Below, piece by piece: positions 1 to 12,922 of a stretch of 64,000 nucleotides of DNA. The DNA comes from Squalus acanthias. Lineage: Eukaryota. The DNA lies in contig JASTWF010000333.1 in NCBI GenBank assembly GCA_030390025.1, forward strand, positions 372,001 through 436,000, given 5' to 3'. The notes beneath the pieces were generated by a model, which saw only the letters and a program-made list of their open reading frames with translations, was not told where the DNA came from and did no database searches. Position numbers and translations under genes: made by a program. How positions within the stretch are numbered: position 1 is the first letter of the stretch; the number at the start of each line of letters is the position of its first letter.

Positions 1-656
1 GTTACGATGTCGTTGCAAGGGCAAGCAGTGGAAGTGCAATGAATCACCAGGTCCTCATGTTCAAGAGATTAATGACAAAGAGAAGAGGAAAGTAAGATGC
101 CAACAAACTCTGCTATGCCAGACCTCTAGGCTCACTATGCTGACTGCTGTGCTTTTTCCTTTGACGTCAGGGCAGCCTTTTCCATTGGAGTGACTGTTTG
201 CAGTATGACGTCCTGCTGTTCTCCCTGCTGTTGTGTGCAAGCTTATCCTTCAAGGAAAGTGAAAGTGGGTTAATATGTGCCCTGGACAATTTTTCACCCA
301 AACGCAACTGTGATCTAACAGCAAGATGTCTGACAAATGTTTACAGCGATTTAAATGAAAGTAGGTGTGTGTCGCTTTAAGAAGTGAACTGGCAGCCTCC
401 CATACTGTGCCATCCATGAATTGTGGGCAAGTTTAGGAAGTAGTGACGTCAGCACTGAGTCAGATGAAAATGGTGTTTGAGTCCTAAATATGTCAAGGAC
501 CCTCATTTTAATATATAAATTAAGCCCCTGCCAGTTTCGGGTGGAAGAGCTGGCTGCCTAAATCAAGGCCTGTCCGAAAACCACAATGGCTTCCAGCAGT
601 AGTTCAGTGATTTTTAAATTATTTTTGTCAGCCGACCATCCCGTTTACATTGGTAG

Positions 657-1036
657 TAGGGTTGCCAATCAGGATTGCCCTGGAGGCTCCAGGAATTAAA
701 GATCAATCTCCTGGACATTGCTAAAAGCAACCCTGGAGAAAAATCATAGAGGGATTAAAATAAAATTGTATTTTTTTTATTTTCTTTGAACACTTTTGTA
801 TATTAGTTATTGGAGATGAGGGGAAAATGGCTGTTTGACTGACAGTCAAGAATCATCCATTCGAGTAAGGAACAGTCTGTTAACTTTCCAATTAGCGTGG
901 GAAGGCGGCGCGGCACTAGGAGGACATGTTGGCCGACCAATCGACCAATGGCAGGAGTGCAGAGGCAGGGTGATTTGAGGTCGGAGGTCAGTGATGAAAC
1001 CTCCAGGAATACAGCCAATAAAAGTTGGCAACCCTA
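657..1036. mobile_element. hAT-type non-autonomous element (MITE)
   Basis: TIRs TAGGGTTGCCAA (657) / TTGGCAACCCTA (ends 1036). Flanking 8-mers ATTGGTAG / GATGGTAG match 6/8, consistent with a decayed 8-bp hAT TSD. No ORF. Confidence 0.75.
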
Positions 1037-1247
1037 GATGGTAGGCTGGCGGATATCGGCCCGATATTTTTGTACAGCCGGTTCTCATATTTTTTCTCTA
1101 CTCCACTGCTTCCTGATGTACGTCCTCAAATTACAAAATGGAGGAAGAGTAAAGAAGATGCATATGAACATCAGCAAAAAGAGCTTATTAAAACTATCTG
1201 CAATTTGAACTGAAGCTAAATACTTAAGCTGCATTCATGTCGGAATA

Positions 1248-2178
1248 AAGAACATAAGAACATCAGAAATAGGAGCAGGAGTAGGCCATTTGGCCCCTCG
1301 AGCCTGTTCCGCCATTCTAAAGATCATGGCTGATTTGACCTTGGCCTCAACTCCACTTCCTTGCCCGCTCCCCATAACCCTTGACTCCCTTACCATTCAA
1401 AAATCTGTCTATCTCCACCTTAAATATATTTAATGACCCAGCCTCCACAGCTCTCTGGGGAAGAGAATTCCACAGATTCACGACCCTCTGAGAGAAGAAA
1501 TTCCTCCTCATCTCCGTTTTAAATGGGCGACCCCTTATTCTGAAACTATGCCCCCTAGTTCTAGATTCCTCCACGAGGGGAAACATCCTCTCTGCATCTA
1601 CCTTGTCAAGCCCCCTCAGCATCTTATATGTTTCAATAAGATCATCTCTCATTCTTCTAAACTCCAATGAGTATAAGCCCAACCTGCTCAACCTTTCTTC
1701 ATAAGACAACCCCTTCATCTCAGGAATCAACCTCGTGAACCTTCTCTGAACTGCCTCCTTAAATAAGGAGACCAAAACTGTACGCAGTACTCCAGGTGTG
1801 GTCTCACCAATACCCTGTACAGTTGTAGCAGGACTTCCCTACTTTTATACTCGATCCCCCTTGCAATAAAGGCCAACATTCCATTTGCCTTCCTAATTAC
1901 TTGCTGTACCTGCATGCTAACTTTTTGTGTTTCATGTACAAGGACCCCCAGATCCCTCTGTACTGCAGCATTTTGTAATCTCTCTCTAATTAAATAATAA
2001 TTTGCTTCATTATTTTTCCTACCAAAGTGGATAACCTCACATTTTCCCACATTATACTCCAGCTGCCAAATTTTTGCCCACTCACTTAGCCTACCTATAT
2101 CCCTTTGCAGATTATTTGTGTCCTCTTCACAACTTTCTTTCCCACCTATCTTTGTATTATCAGCAAATTTGGCTACAG
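1248..2178 (-). mobile_element. CR1 LINE, 5'-truncated 3' fragment
   Basis: ORFs 1727..2050 and 1347..1775 give the CR1 ORF2 C-terminus (KCEVIHFG, LVRPHLEYCVQFWSP, LEFRRMRDDLIETYK, FFSQRVVNLWNSLP). CR1 3' end with (AAGAACAT)n tail at ~1248-1265. Confidence 0.95.
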
Positions 2179-2529
2179 CAAAGCTGTCTCGATTCTTTAA
2201 ATGCTGCTTTTGAACTCCAAGCTAATCTTGAGATTTTTTAGATTCCCAACCTGATGTTTCCACTCAGCCCTCTGGGTTTTTTTTATCTCACCCAAGATTC
2301 TGCAGTGTGAAACATTGGTCTCATTCCAGTTAAATTAAAGAAAAACTAGAATTTTGATACATCTTCTCATAATCCAACTAGTATATGAGAACTGTCTGTA
2401 CTGCATAAATATTTCATAATTACTCTTAAATTATTGTTTTGCACTTTAGCATTTATATTCTCAGCAAATTATAAACATCCCGGATGTATCTGATATAATT
2501 ATCAGCTGTAAACCATCAGAAGGATTTGA

Positions 2530-2662
2530 TGTTCTTATGAAGGGTCTATTTGCAAAGCACTAACGCGTCTTTTCATTTTACAGGTTCTCAGATATGCTGT
2601 GCATTGCCAACATTTTCTGTACTGATTCCAGATTTCCAACATTTGCATTTTTTTTCTTTTTG
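2530..2662 (+). repeat. degenerate short repeat resembling shark Penelope-like element ends
   Basis: CATTTTCTGT..TTCCAGATTTCCAACAT matches the copy at 59852-59883. Family assignment is from memory of shark repeats. Confidence 0.35.
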
Positions 2663-3049
2663 GCCTGGAATTTGCGAAAAAATGTAACAATTTGACATGA
2701 GTGGTCAAGGTAAGATCCCATCTCACCAATACACTTCTGTTGAGGTTGTGATGCACCACCACCAGCATCACAACCTCAACACACTTCATTCAACATCTAA
2801 CTCTACATTAACATTCACACACCCCACACTATTGCATCCTTCACAGGCACTACTTACACCTTAGACACATCTCACAGCTCTTCAATCATGTGAGTAATCA
2901 CACATACACAATTATACCTTCCAATACACTCAGTCACAATCGCCACTCTTTCACTTCCAGGACAAAATAGCACATTACAGGCACCAGCAGAAGCTGACTG
3001 GGGATGGGGAAGCACAACTGCATGAGATCACTCCCTTTGAGGAGGCAGT

Positions 3050-3880
3050 GATACATAGATACATAGATACATAGAAGATAGGAGCAGGAGTAGGCCATCC
3101 GGCCCTTCGAGCCTGCTCCGCCATTTAATGAGATCATGGCTGATCCTCCAATTCAGTATCCCGTCCCCGCCTTCTCTCCGTAACCCTTAACCGCTTTTGC
3201 CTGTAGAAATATATCTAATTCCCTCTTAAATATATTTAATGAGCTGGCGTACACTGCCCTCTGTGGCAATGAGTTCCACAGGTTCACCACCCTCTGAGTG
3301 AAGAAATTCCCCCTCATTTCTGTCCTAAATGGTTTAGCCCTTATCCTTAAATTATGTCCTCTAGTTCTGTTCTCACCCGCCAAGGGAAACATTCCTTCTG
3401 CATCTAGTCTGTCTAGACCTGTCAGAATTTTATACACTTCTATGAGGTCCCCTCTCAATCTTCTAAACTCCAGTGTGTACATCCCTAAACTACATAGTCT
3501 CTCCTCATAGGTCAATCCCGCCATTCCTGGTATCAGCCTGGTGAATTGCCGCTGCACCCCCTCCATGGCAAGAACATCTTTCCTCAGATGAGGCGACCAA
3601 AACTGTACACAGTACTCGAGGTGTGGTCTCACCAGTGCCCTGTACAGCTGCAGCAAGGTATCCCTGTTCCTGTATTCCAACCCTTTTGCTATGAAGGCCA
3701 GCATACCGTTTGCCTTCTTGACCGCCTGTTGCACCTGCATGCTCGCCTTCAGTGACTGGTGTACAAGAACACCCAGGTCTCTCTGTACTTCCCCCTCTCC
3801 CAATTTATTGCCATTTAAATAATAATTTGCCCTCCCGTTCCTGCACCCAAGGTGGATAACTTCGCACTTGTCCACATTAT
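3050..3880 (-). mobile_element. CR1 LINE 3' fragment
   Basis: Uninterrupted 240-aa ORF 3153..3875 is the CR1 ORF2 C-terminus. (ATAGATAC)n tail at 3051-3075. Inserted into exon 2 of the Myb relic. Confidence 0.95.
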
Positions 3881-4381
3881 AGTGCGAAGTTATCCCTGAT
3901 TGGGCAGGGAGTGGCAGACGTCGTGGCCACAGACAGATCAGGGGACATCTTGCCTAGAGGTATGTGGTCACTCCAGCTTCCTTACATTTCTTACTATTCC
4001 TGATCCCTAATCCCCAAAAATATCCTCACTCACAAGCTCCATATGGTTTTGTCACTCACATTCTCCTAAAGTGGTCACACGTGCTGCACCCTAATCCTTT
4101 TAGCTTTATCATAAAAGGCTCCCAGGAGCAAGATCCACCTTGTCCTCCCACGAGGAACTGGAAGAGGAGGAAGAGCCACTTCGCCCCCTGGAGGAGGAGG
4201 AGGAGGAGGAGGAGGAGGAGAGAGGAGAAGATGGCACTGCGTCAATCGTTACCACTGTCGCAGGCACCAGCTCAGAGACCAGCACCATGCGTAACTTAGA
4301 GGCTAGGGTAGAACACGGATCCTCACAGTCGCACACACCGGGCACTAGTGGGCAGCAGCTACGCAGGGTGGAAGGGACAAC

Positions 4382-5303
4382 TTTTTTTTAATTATTCGTT
4401 CCTGGGATGTGGGCGTCGCTGGCAATGCCAGCATTTATTGCCCATCCCTAGTTACCCTTGAGAAGGTGGTGGTGAGCCGCCTTCTTGAACCGCTGCAGTC
4501 CGTGTGGTGAAGGTACTCCCACAGTGCTGTTAGGGAGGGAGTGCCAGGATCTTGACCCAGGGATGATGAAGGATCAGCGATATACTTCCCAGTCAGGATG
4601 GTGTGTGAATTTGAGGGGAACTTGCAGGTGGTGGTGTTCCCATGCACCTGCTGCCCTTGTCCTTCTAGGTGGTAGAGGTTGTGGGTTTGGGAGGTGCTGT
4701 TGAAGAAGCCTTGGCGAGTTGCTGCAGTGCATCTTGTAGATGGTACACACTGTAGCCACGGTGCGCCGATGGTGGAGTCAGTGAATGTTTAAGGTGGTGG
4801 ATGGGGTGCCAATCAAATGGGCTGCTTTGTCCTGGATGGTGTCGAGCTTCTTGAGTGTTGTTGAAGCTGCACTCATCCAGGCAAGTGCAAAGTATTCCAC
4901 CACACTCCTGACTTGTGCCTTGTAGATGGTGGAAAGGCTTTGGGGAGTCAGGAGGTGAGACACAAGCCGCAGAATACCTAGCCTCTGACCTGCTCTTGTA
5001 GCCACAGTATTTATTTGGCTGGTCCAGTTAAATTTCTGGTCAATGGTGACCCACCCAGGATGTTGATAGTGGGGAATTTGGCGATGTTAATGCCATTGAA
5101 TGTCAAGGAGCGGTAGTTAAACTCTCACTTGTTGGAAATAGTCATTGCCTGGCCCTTGTGTGGCGCGAATGTTACTTGCCACTTATCAGCCCAAGCCTGA
5201 ATGTCATCCAGGTCTTGCTCATGCGGGCATGGACTGCTTCATTATCTGAGGAGTTGTGAATGGAACTGCACAGTGTGAAATCATCAGCGAGCATCCCTAC
5301 TTC
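4382..5303 (-). mobile_element. second CR1/L2-group LINE family, 3' fragment
   Basis: ORF 4778..5005 (RAGQRLGILR..TIYKAQVRSVVEY..KLDTIQDKAA) is a non-LTR ORF2 C-terminus. Distinct 3' end (GGGATGGGCAATAAATGCTGGC..CCCACATCCC on -), also at 60085 onward. Confidence 0.9.
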
Positions 5304-5819
5304 CGGGGGTCACATACTAGTTCTGCTGTAGCGGAGTCAGATGAGGACCTCGCAGGGCCAAGCTTCAGAAGGAGGCTGATGGGTCTGACAAACCAAATGC
5401 TTGGTGCAATGGACAGCCTGCCTGAAAGCTTACGGGTCCTGGCTAGTGGGAAAGAGGAGTTCGTCTCCAGCTCTGCCCATGGCTTGACGCAGAGCCTGGA
5501 ACCCATCCTCTTTAGTGTGGAGAGGCTGGCCAAATCCATCCAGCGACCTGTGGAGCCCAACATCATGCAGCATCTGATGACGGAGGTTGTAGCTTCCACC
5601 GCAGTCATAGCAGCTTCCATGGAACATCAAACAGCTTGCATGGAATGACAAGGTGCTGCAATTGAAGCCCAAACAGCTTCCCTTGCACTACGAGCAGAGC
5701 ATCGAGCGGCAGCTGCTAGGGTGGCTCTGGGCTCCTTAGTTGAAAGGGGCTCAGCTGCCCAAAGGTGCCCAAAGATCTGTCCTCCAGCAGATCACTGGGC
5801 TGGCTGAACAGAATCCTGA

Positions 5820-6597
5820 GGCCTGATGTGCCTCCCATAGTTGAATAGCCCTTACTGTATGCAAGGTGTGGAATGTGCGTGTGTGTTTCATGAGAGGGCC
5901 ATAGGTGTTGGATGAGTGTTGGGCATTGGGGTTTTAAGACCCTCTGGCCATAGAGTGAGGTTGAGATGGAGGGATGGAGACGTATTGAAAAAAAGCCACT
6001 CACCCTGACGACCCGAGTGAGGTCGTTGAACTTTTTGCGACATTGAGTATGGGTCCTGGTCACCATGCTCCTGGAGGAGACGTGAGCCACCTCCCTCCAC
6101 ACTCTTCTGTACTCGCACGGCAAAGGCCTCCTGCCACTCTCAGGGAAGAGTATAGATCTTCTGTGCTCCACCACACCAACCAGAGCCTCCAAGGCCCGCT
6201 CGCTGAAGCGCTGAGCTCGTTCTCTCACCCTCTCCATAGTCCTTGGCTGGAAAATGTAGTCACAGGTCTCTCCAGGCCGAGATTCAAGGCTGCAATGAGC
6301 AGGATGTGGATGGAGAGCAAGATCAACCCTCCCCTTTAAGAACTGTCCGGCGCCAGTGTGTCTGTGTTCCATCGCTAACTGACATCACCTGCGCTGCACC
6401 CGCCCTCTGAGGTAGCGCCTCGCTCCTCGGCCTTTGCACCTTAAGAGAGGTGTGCAGCACCTGATTTACCGCTCCAATCACCTCCAGAGGCAATAAAAGC
6501 CAAGTTTGCAGTCGAGGCGATAATTAGCACCAGGCACTAAACTTTGCGCACGGCCGATAATCACGCCCCAAACGGGGCGATACTGAATTTCTCCCCC
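5820..6597 (-). mobile_element. Harbinger right end with Myb/SANT exon 1
   Basis: Near-identical to 53675-54451. ATG at ~6237, MERVRERAQRFSERALEALV..QCRKKFNDLTRVVR then gtgagt. TIR CTGAATTTCTCCCCC ends 6597. Confidence 0.9.
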
Positions 6598-6636
6598 TTT
6601 GTGTCTTAGAGGACTCCTTAGAGGACGCAAAGAGGA

Positions 6637-7311
6637 CTCTTTGTGTCCTCCTCACAGCTTACTTTCCCACCTAGCTTTGTATCGTCAGCAAACTTGGATA
6701 CATTGCACTCGGTTCCTTCATCTAAGTCATTAATATGGATTCTAAATAGCTAAGGCCCAAGCACTGATCCTTGTGGCACACCACTAGTTACAGCCTGCTA
6801 ACTGGAAAATGACCCGTTTATCCCTACTCTCTGTTTTCTGTCCGTTAACCAATCCTCTATCCATGCTAATATATTACCCCCAACCGCAGGAGTATTTATC
6901 TTGTGCAGCGACCTTTTATGTGGCACCTTATCGAATGCCTTTTGGAAATCCAAATATACTACATCCAATGGTTCCCCTTTATCTACCCTGCTAGCTACAT
7001 TCTCAAAAAACTGTAATGAATTTATTAAACACGATTTCCCTTTCATAAAACCACATTGACTCTGCTTAATCATATTATGATTTTCTAAGTGCCCTGTTAC
7101 CACTTCCTTAATAATGAATTCCAGCATTTTCCTGACGACTGATGTCAGGCTAACTGGCCTGTAGTTCCCTGTTTTCTCTCTCCTTCCTTTCTTCAATAGT
7201 GAGGTTACATTTGCTACCTTCCAATCTGATAGGACCATTCTACAATCTAGGGAATTTTAGAAGATGACCAATGCATCCACTATCTCTGCAGCCACCTCTT
7301 TTAGAACCCTA
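6637..7311 (-). mobile_element. CR1 LINE internal RT fragment
   Basis: ORF 6798..7238: [44 protein letters not shown]. Confidence 0.92.
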
Positions 7312-8837
7312 AACCACGAAATTCGGCACCTTAGCACCAGCAGTTAAGGTCGGATTGGAGAGAAAAATAGCGACTACCTCGCTTCCGCCCATTTCCAGCA
7401 CGACTCGCACTCGTCACCATCTTGGTGAGGGCAAGAGCATTGGCAGGACGTGTGCGCGCCGGCAGTATGCAGAGTAGGCAGATTGTGAAGATCAAGATGG
7501 CTGCTGCTAGGCTGGCAGTTCCATAGGTGAGCTCTTCATTGCTTCACCTCTATCCATGGCAACCTGCTGCCATCCTTTGCACTTTCTCTCCCAAATCTCC
7601 TCGCTTCCACTGTTCAAGTTCCCCTGGCTCCATTAGTTGGTGCATTTTAGCCCTAACTACGAGTTAACTACAAGTTAACTACAAGTTAGCGGCTATTTTA
7701 AACCGCCGTTACCCATCCTCCACCCCTCTGCTCTCTGCTTCTCTCACTGAGCTGCTGAATTCTCTTCTCAAATTTGGTTTCCGAATTCCTGGACTTCAAG
7801 ACTATGCTTCTGCACTGGACTACATTGGATTACACGGTAAGACATCTGCTGTGTCTCTGATTCTGCTGCTAAAAAAAATTTTGTTAAGTAATCATTTGTT
7901 CATCTCCCCACTGGGTGACTTGTTCCGGTTTTTTAGATTTGTTGGTGTCTGGCTAGTGGCTGTTTCTCTGCTGAGCTGGGTAACTTGTTCTACTGGATTT
8001 TCAGCTTTGTTGGTTGCTGGCTAGTGGTTTGACATTTCTCCGCCACTTCTGATCTATGGTGACCTCCAACTTCGCGTCAATTTGGCCATCATCCTTTTGC
8101 ACCGCAACCAATTCTCATTCCCACGGGAATAACCTCCATCCTCCAATTCTCTACCCTTCATATAGCTTCTGGATTTCACTCGCCCGCTATACCTGTCTCC
8201 AAACTTGGACAACAGTTCATCGATGCTCCATGCCGACTCCATCCTACCTACGTCAACTTTTTCCCCCTCCAAGGGACCTCTGATATTAACTCTGGACTCC
8301 TTACTATTGTTTCCAAACTATCCCTGTCACTACCAGAAAATATGTGTCCCAATGATTGGAACATAACCAGGCCTATGTAACTTGAGTTTTTCCGTGTCCA
8401 TTCATGTGCGCATTTTGGCTGCCACTCCGGACCCAAGCTGATCATTTCTATTTGCACTTTTTTCTCCCCCTTTTTCTTTTCTCTTCATCCCTCGCTAACC
8501 CTTCTCTCCTGTCATCATGCCTCATTTTATCTCTCCTCTCTCGGGTACTTTGCCCTCCCAAATCCCTACCCCAACCCTTCCTTACTCTTTGACCTTCCTA
8601 CTCTCCTGCCGCTGTCCCAGGCTTAACTCCCTCTTAGATAAGCAGATAGCCTCCCTCTGTGCCTCTCTTGGCATCCAACGAAGGGCTCATCGAGGCACTC
8701 AGCACTGCCTCCTTCCAAGCAGCAACCCCAACTGTCCCATTCTACTCTCTCGCTGATCATCCCGCCCAGCGCACCCACTAGGGGCTAATCTTGCCAATCT
8801 CCTCCCCGTCCAACTCACTGCTCCCAGCGCTGACCCT

Positions 8838-11800
8838 ATGGACGCTGGCAGTGGGTCAGCCAATACCGAACCTCTCCGCATCTCCCTCCAGAATGTCCGT
8901 TCACTTGCGAACAAGGCCCTTGCCATCCATGAACTTATCGTGGATGATTGCATCGATATCATGGCCCTGACGGAAACTTGGCTGAGGGGTGATGACACCT
9001 TGCCCCTAAACGAAGTCTCCCCACCTGGCTATACCTTCCACCACTTGGTCCGCCCAGACCGCCGTGGTGACGGTGTGGCTCTCATCAACAAATCGCACCT
9101 TGGTCTGTCCCCCTACTCCTCCGGCACTTTCTCCTCCTTTGAGCATCTCACCTTATTCCACCCCTCTCACCTCTCAGTTAAAATTCTCGTTCTCTACCAC
9201 CCACCCAAGTATCATAAAAATGTTATTACCAAGATATCTTCACTGCTTTCCTCCCTCAGCCTCTGCACTGAGCGACTTCTCACCCTCAGTGATTTCAACC
9301 TCCATCTCAATTCATCATGCTCTCTCTCCTCTGAGTTCACTAGCATCCTATCCTCCCTTAATCTCTCCATCCATGTAAACTCCCCAACCCATATTTACGG
9401 CCACCCCCTCGACCTTGCCATCTCTCGATGCCTCGCTACTCCCATTGTGTCAATCGCAGACAAGGTCATCTCTGACCACTTCCTCGTATTGCTCTCCACC
9501 CACATCCCCCTTCCTAACCCATGCCTACTTCCTCTGTATCCGCCCCTGAAAAAAACTCTCTCCCAACCACCTTACAACTGCACTTACAAAATCGCAACTG
9601 TCCAGCCTTTGGCCCTCCATTCACCATGACATTTCTGCAGCTACCGATCTGCTCAATCACACCTTCACCACCATCTTTGATGCCCTAGTCCCTATTAAAA
9701 CCATTACTGTCTCTCACCCTGGCCGTTCCCCCTGGTACGGCCCTCATCTTTGCCCACCTAAGTCCAAGGAATGCAGACTTGAATGGATATGGTGGACAAC
9801 TGGTTTAGCCATTCACGGCCAGATCTAGCTGGACCACATAAAGCATTATCGGGTCCTTCTCTCATCTGCCATAACTGGCTACTGTTCCAGGATCATTCTG
9901 GAATGCAAAGATAACCCCCCGGCTTCTATTCTCAACTGCTAACCATCTCCTTAAACCCCTCTCCCCTGTCTCCTCCACCCTCACCTCCAACAACAAGTAT
10001 AAGGAGCTCATGGACTTCTTTGTCTCTAAGATTGAGACCATCCGTTCAGCTGCCTCTGCCACTTCCCTTCCTGCCCCTAGCTCACTGGGCCAAACTTTCT
10101 CTAAGGTTCTCCCCGCCCTAGCCCTGAACTTATATCTTTCTCCAGTTTCTCTCCGATCTCCCCTCATGACCTCTCTGCGCTCACCTTGTCCATGAGACCC
10201 ACTTCCTGCTCCCTCGACTCTATTCCCACTAAACTGCTGACCACCCAACTTCCTTTTCTGGCTCCCATGTTAGCTGACATTGTTAACGGTTCTCTCTCCT
10301 CAGGTTCTGTCCCCCTCTCCCTCAAATCTGCCGTCATCACTCCTCTCCTCAAAAAAACAACCTTTGACCCCTCCGTCCTTGCAAACTACCGCCCCATCTC
10401 CAACCTCCCTTTCCTCTCCAAAGTCCTTGAACATGTTGTCACCTCCCAAATCCGTGCTCATCTTTCCCGGAACTCCATGTTTGAATCCCTTGAATCAGGT
10501 TTCTGCCCCTGCCACAGTACCGAAACGGCTCTCATCAAAGTCACAAATGACATCCTTTGTGACTGTGACAAAGGTAAACTATCCCTCCTCGCCCTTCTCG
10601 ACCCGTCTGCAGCCTTTGACACGGTTGACCACTCCATCCTTCTGCAACGCCTCTCCACCGTCGTCCAGCTGGGTGGGACTGCACTCGCCTGGTTCCATTC
10701 TTATCTATCTAATCGTAGCCAGAGAATCACCTGCAATGGCTTCTCTTCCCACTCCCGCATCGTTACCTCTGATGTCCCCCCAGGATCTATACTTGGCCCC
10801 CTCCTACTTCTCATCTACATGCTGCCCCTTGGTGACATCATCCAAAAACACAATGTCAGTTTCCACATGTACGCTGACGACACCCAGCTCTACCTCACCA
10901 CCACTTCTCTCGACCCCTCCACAGCCTCTAAATTGTCAGACTGCTTGTCCGACATCCATTACCGGATGAGCAGATATTTTTCCAATTAATTATTGGGAAG
11001 ACCAAAACCATTGTCTTCGGTTCCCACCACAAACTCTGTTCCCTAGCCCGTGACTCCATCCCTCTCCCTAGCATCTTTCTGAGGCTGAACCAGACTGTTC
11101 GCAACCTTGGTGTCATATTTGACCCTGAAATGAGCTTCCGACCACACATCCGCCATAACTAAGACCGCCTATTTCCACCTCTGTAACATCGCCCAACTCT
11201 GCCTCTGCCTCAGCTCATCTGCTGCTGAAACCCTCATCCATGCCTTTGTTACCTCTAGACTTGACTATTCCAACACACTCCTGGCTGGCCTCCCACATTC
11301 TACAGTACGTAAACTTGAGGTGATCCAAAACTCTGCTGCCCGTGTCCTAACTCGCACCAAGTCCCGTTCACCCATCACCCCTGTGCTCACTGACCTACAT
11401 TGGCTCCCGGTTAAGCAATGCCTCGATTTTAAAATTCTCATCCTTGTTTTCAAATCCCTCCATGGCCTCGCCCCTCCCTATCTCTGTAATCTCCTTCAGC
11501 CCCACAACCCCCCGAGATATCTGCGCTCCTCTAATTCTGTCCTCTTGAGCATCCCTGAGTTTAATTGCTCAACCAATGGTGGCCGTGCCTTCAGCTGCCT
11601 AGGCCCTCAGCTCTGGAATTCCCCCCCTAAACCTTTCCGTCTCTCTGCCTCTCTTTCCTTCTTTAAGACGCTCCTTAAAACCTGCGGGGGGGGGGGGGGG
11701 GAAATTGAATGGCGCCCCTTTTGGGACGCTAACGTTGCCGGGGCGCTAAAATTAGCACCCCTCTGCCGGAAATTCAGGAGGTGGAGCGCTACTGAAGATC

Positions 11801-12365
11801 GCGACGCCACGTGCAACAGCACCACGTGCATCGGCACATAGTGCAGCATCATTGCAGGCCTCCTCCCTCGATTAAAAGGGAGGGGCCTAGCACTTCATGC
11901 AATGGGGCCTTGCTAGACCACTGGGTAGCAGGATTCCGTGAAAACAGCCTGGCACTCGAGGAGTGCCGGGCTGAGCAATCACGGCCGGCACCACGGGAAA
12001 AACAGGGGAAGGGGGCAAGTGCTGGCAGTCAGCCCTAGAAAAATTGCCGCCCAACACCTGACCCTTTTACTAGCACCGCCACCGCTGCAAAAACGCCCCC
12101 CTGATCCTGTCGGACATATCGTCCGGCGATAGGTCAGGGGGTGCAAGCGAAGTTTGCGGCCGGGGCGCAAGCGGGGGGCTGCGCATGGTGATGACATCAT
12201 CTGCTAACATCCCGCTGAATTTCGCAGGATGCGTTAGCAGTGCCACGCCTGGGCGCTAGGGGATTTGCCCCTCGTTAGCGCCCCCTGGGGGCTCTAACGA
12301 GAGGCGCAAATCAACCCAATTTTTCCCCCTACCTCTTTGACCAAGCTTTTGGTCATCTGCCCTAA
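8838..12365 (+). pseudogene. L2 ORF2 (APE endonuclease + reverse transcriptase), frameshifted and MITE-interrupted
   Basis: QNVRSL, LTETWL, SDFNLH, GHPLDL, ISDHF (endonuclease). NYRPISNLPFLSKVLE, AAFDTVDH, VPPGSILGP, YADDTQLY (RT). QNSAARVL..LHWLPV (C-terminus). Confidence 0.9.
11686..12329. mobile_element. Harbinger-type MITE inside L2 ORF2
   Basis: Poly-G+GAAATTG left end, CAATTTTTCCCCC right end, TSD TGC/TAC, many GGCGC motifs. Removal restores the L2 sequence AAAACCTACCTCTTTGACC. Confidence 0.85.
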
Positions 12366-12773
12366 TTTTTCCTGATGTGGCTCGGTGTCAACCCTTTTTT
12401 TGTCTTATTACACTCCTGTGACGCGCCCTGGGGTGTTTTACTACGTTAAAGGCGCTATAGAAATACAAGTTGTTGTTGTTGTTGTGACGTCAGACAACCT
12501 ATAACTCTGATTTAATGCCGACCTGCCATTTTGGACATCGCCACTCCAAACAATGCTCTCTCCTAAACGTACAGTCCTTGGTCTTCAGGGAGCACTTCTC
12601 CAACTTGCACCCAAGCCAGGAGCAGTGTGTTCGGCGGCTCTGCTTCACCAAGGAGGTGGTCACACAATTCTGCCACCTCTTGGAACCAGACCTGCAGCCT
12701 CAGAGCAGGGCGACAACAGCTCTGCCAGTGGCCCTCAAGGTGACCGTGGCCCTGAATTTTTTCAACAGCGGAT

Positions 12774-12922
12774 CAATGCTCCCCCAATTTTTTTTGGAAG
12801 TGCGGTCCCTTTAACGGGCTGCGTGGCCCATTCAAAGTTACGCGCATGCGTGAAATTTCACATTTGAAAAGCCGGTCCCGGGCTGCGCAGGACCAGCAGA
12901 AAGCTGCGCTGAGAGAACGTTG
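12774..12922. mobile_element. small hAT-like MITE inside a transposase relic
   Basis: Imperfect TIRs CAATGCTCCC / GAGAACGTTG. Interrupts the FxSGSF codons of the transposase. TSD poorly preserved. Confidence 0.5.

Larger units (their letters stand above)
2670..5818 (+). pseudogene. decayed Harbinger Myb/SANT gene relic, interrupted by two LINE insertions
   Basis: Exon 1 end (RKKCNNLT*VVK then gtaaga, ~2710), exon 2 (cag/GACAAAATAGCACAT, DKIAH, ~2961), acidic exon 3 (4140-4380) and AESDEDL..FRRRLMGL..MLGAM (ORF 5256..5648). Homologous to the Myb gene at 52352-54091. Confidence 0.7.
7489..12481 (+). mobile_element. apparently full-length L2 LINE
   Basis: TTGTGA duplicated at 7483-7488 and 12482-12487. 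5' CAAGATGGC (YY1-like) motif. Endonuclease and RT ORFs. L2-type 3' end (AAAGGCGCTATAGAAATACAAG) with (TTG)n tail. Confidence 0.9.

Noticed and set aside
1..650. Possible decayed transposon end (two TGACGTCA motifs)
   Set aside because: No TIR, TSD or coding remnant that I can verify.
2533..2565. Hammerhead ribozyme in the Penelope-like remnant
   Set aside because: The core is broken (CTTATGA instead of CTGATGA, no GAAA).
3856..3893. loxP-like site (ATAACTTCG...ACATTATA...CGAAGTTAT)
   Set aside because: 38 bp rather than 34, the arms lack TATA, and the left arm is ordinary CR1 coding sequence (KCEVIH). Explained by a fold-back.
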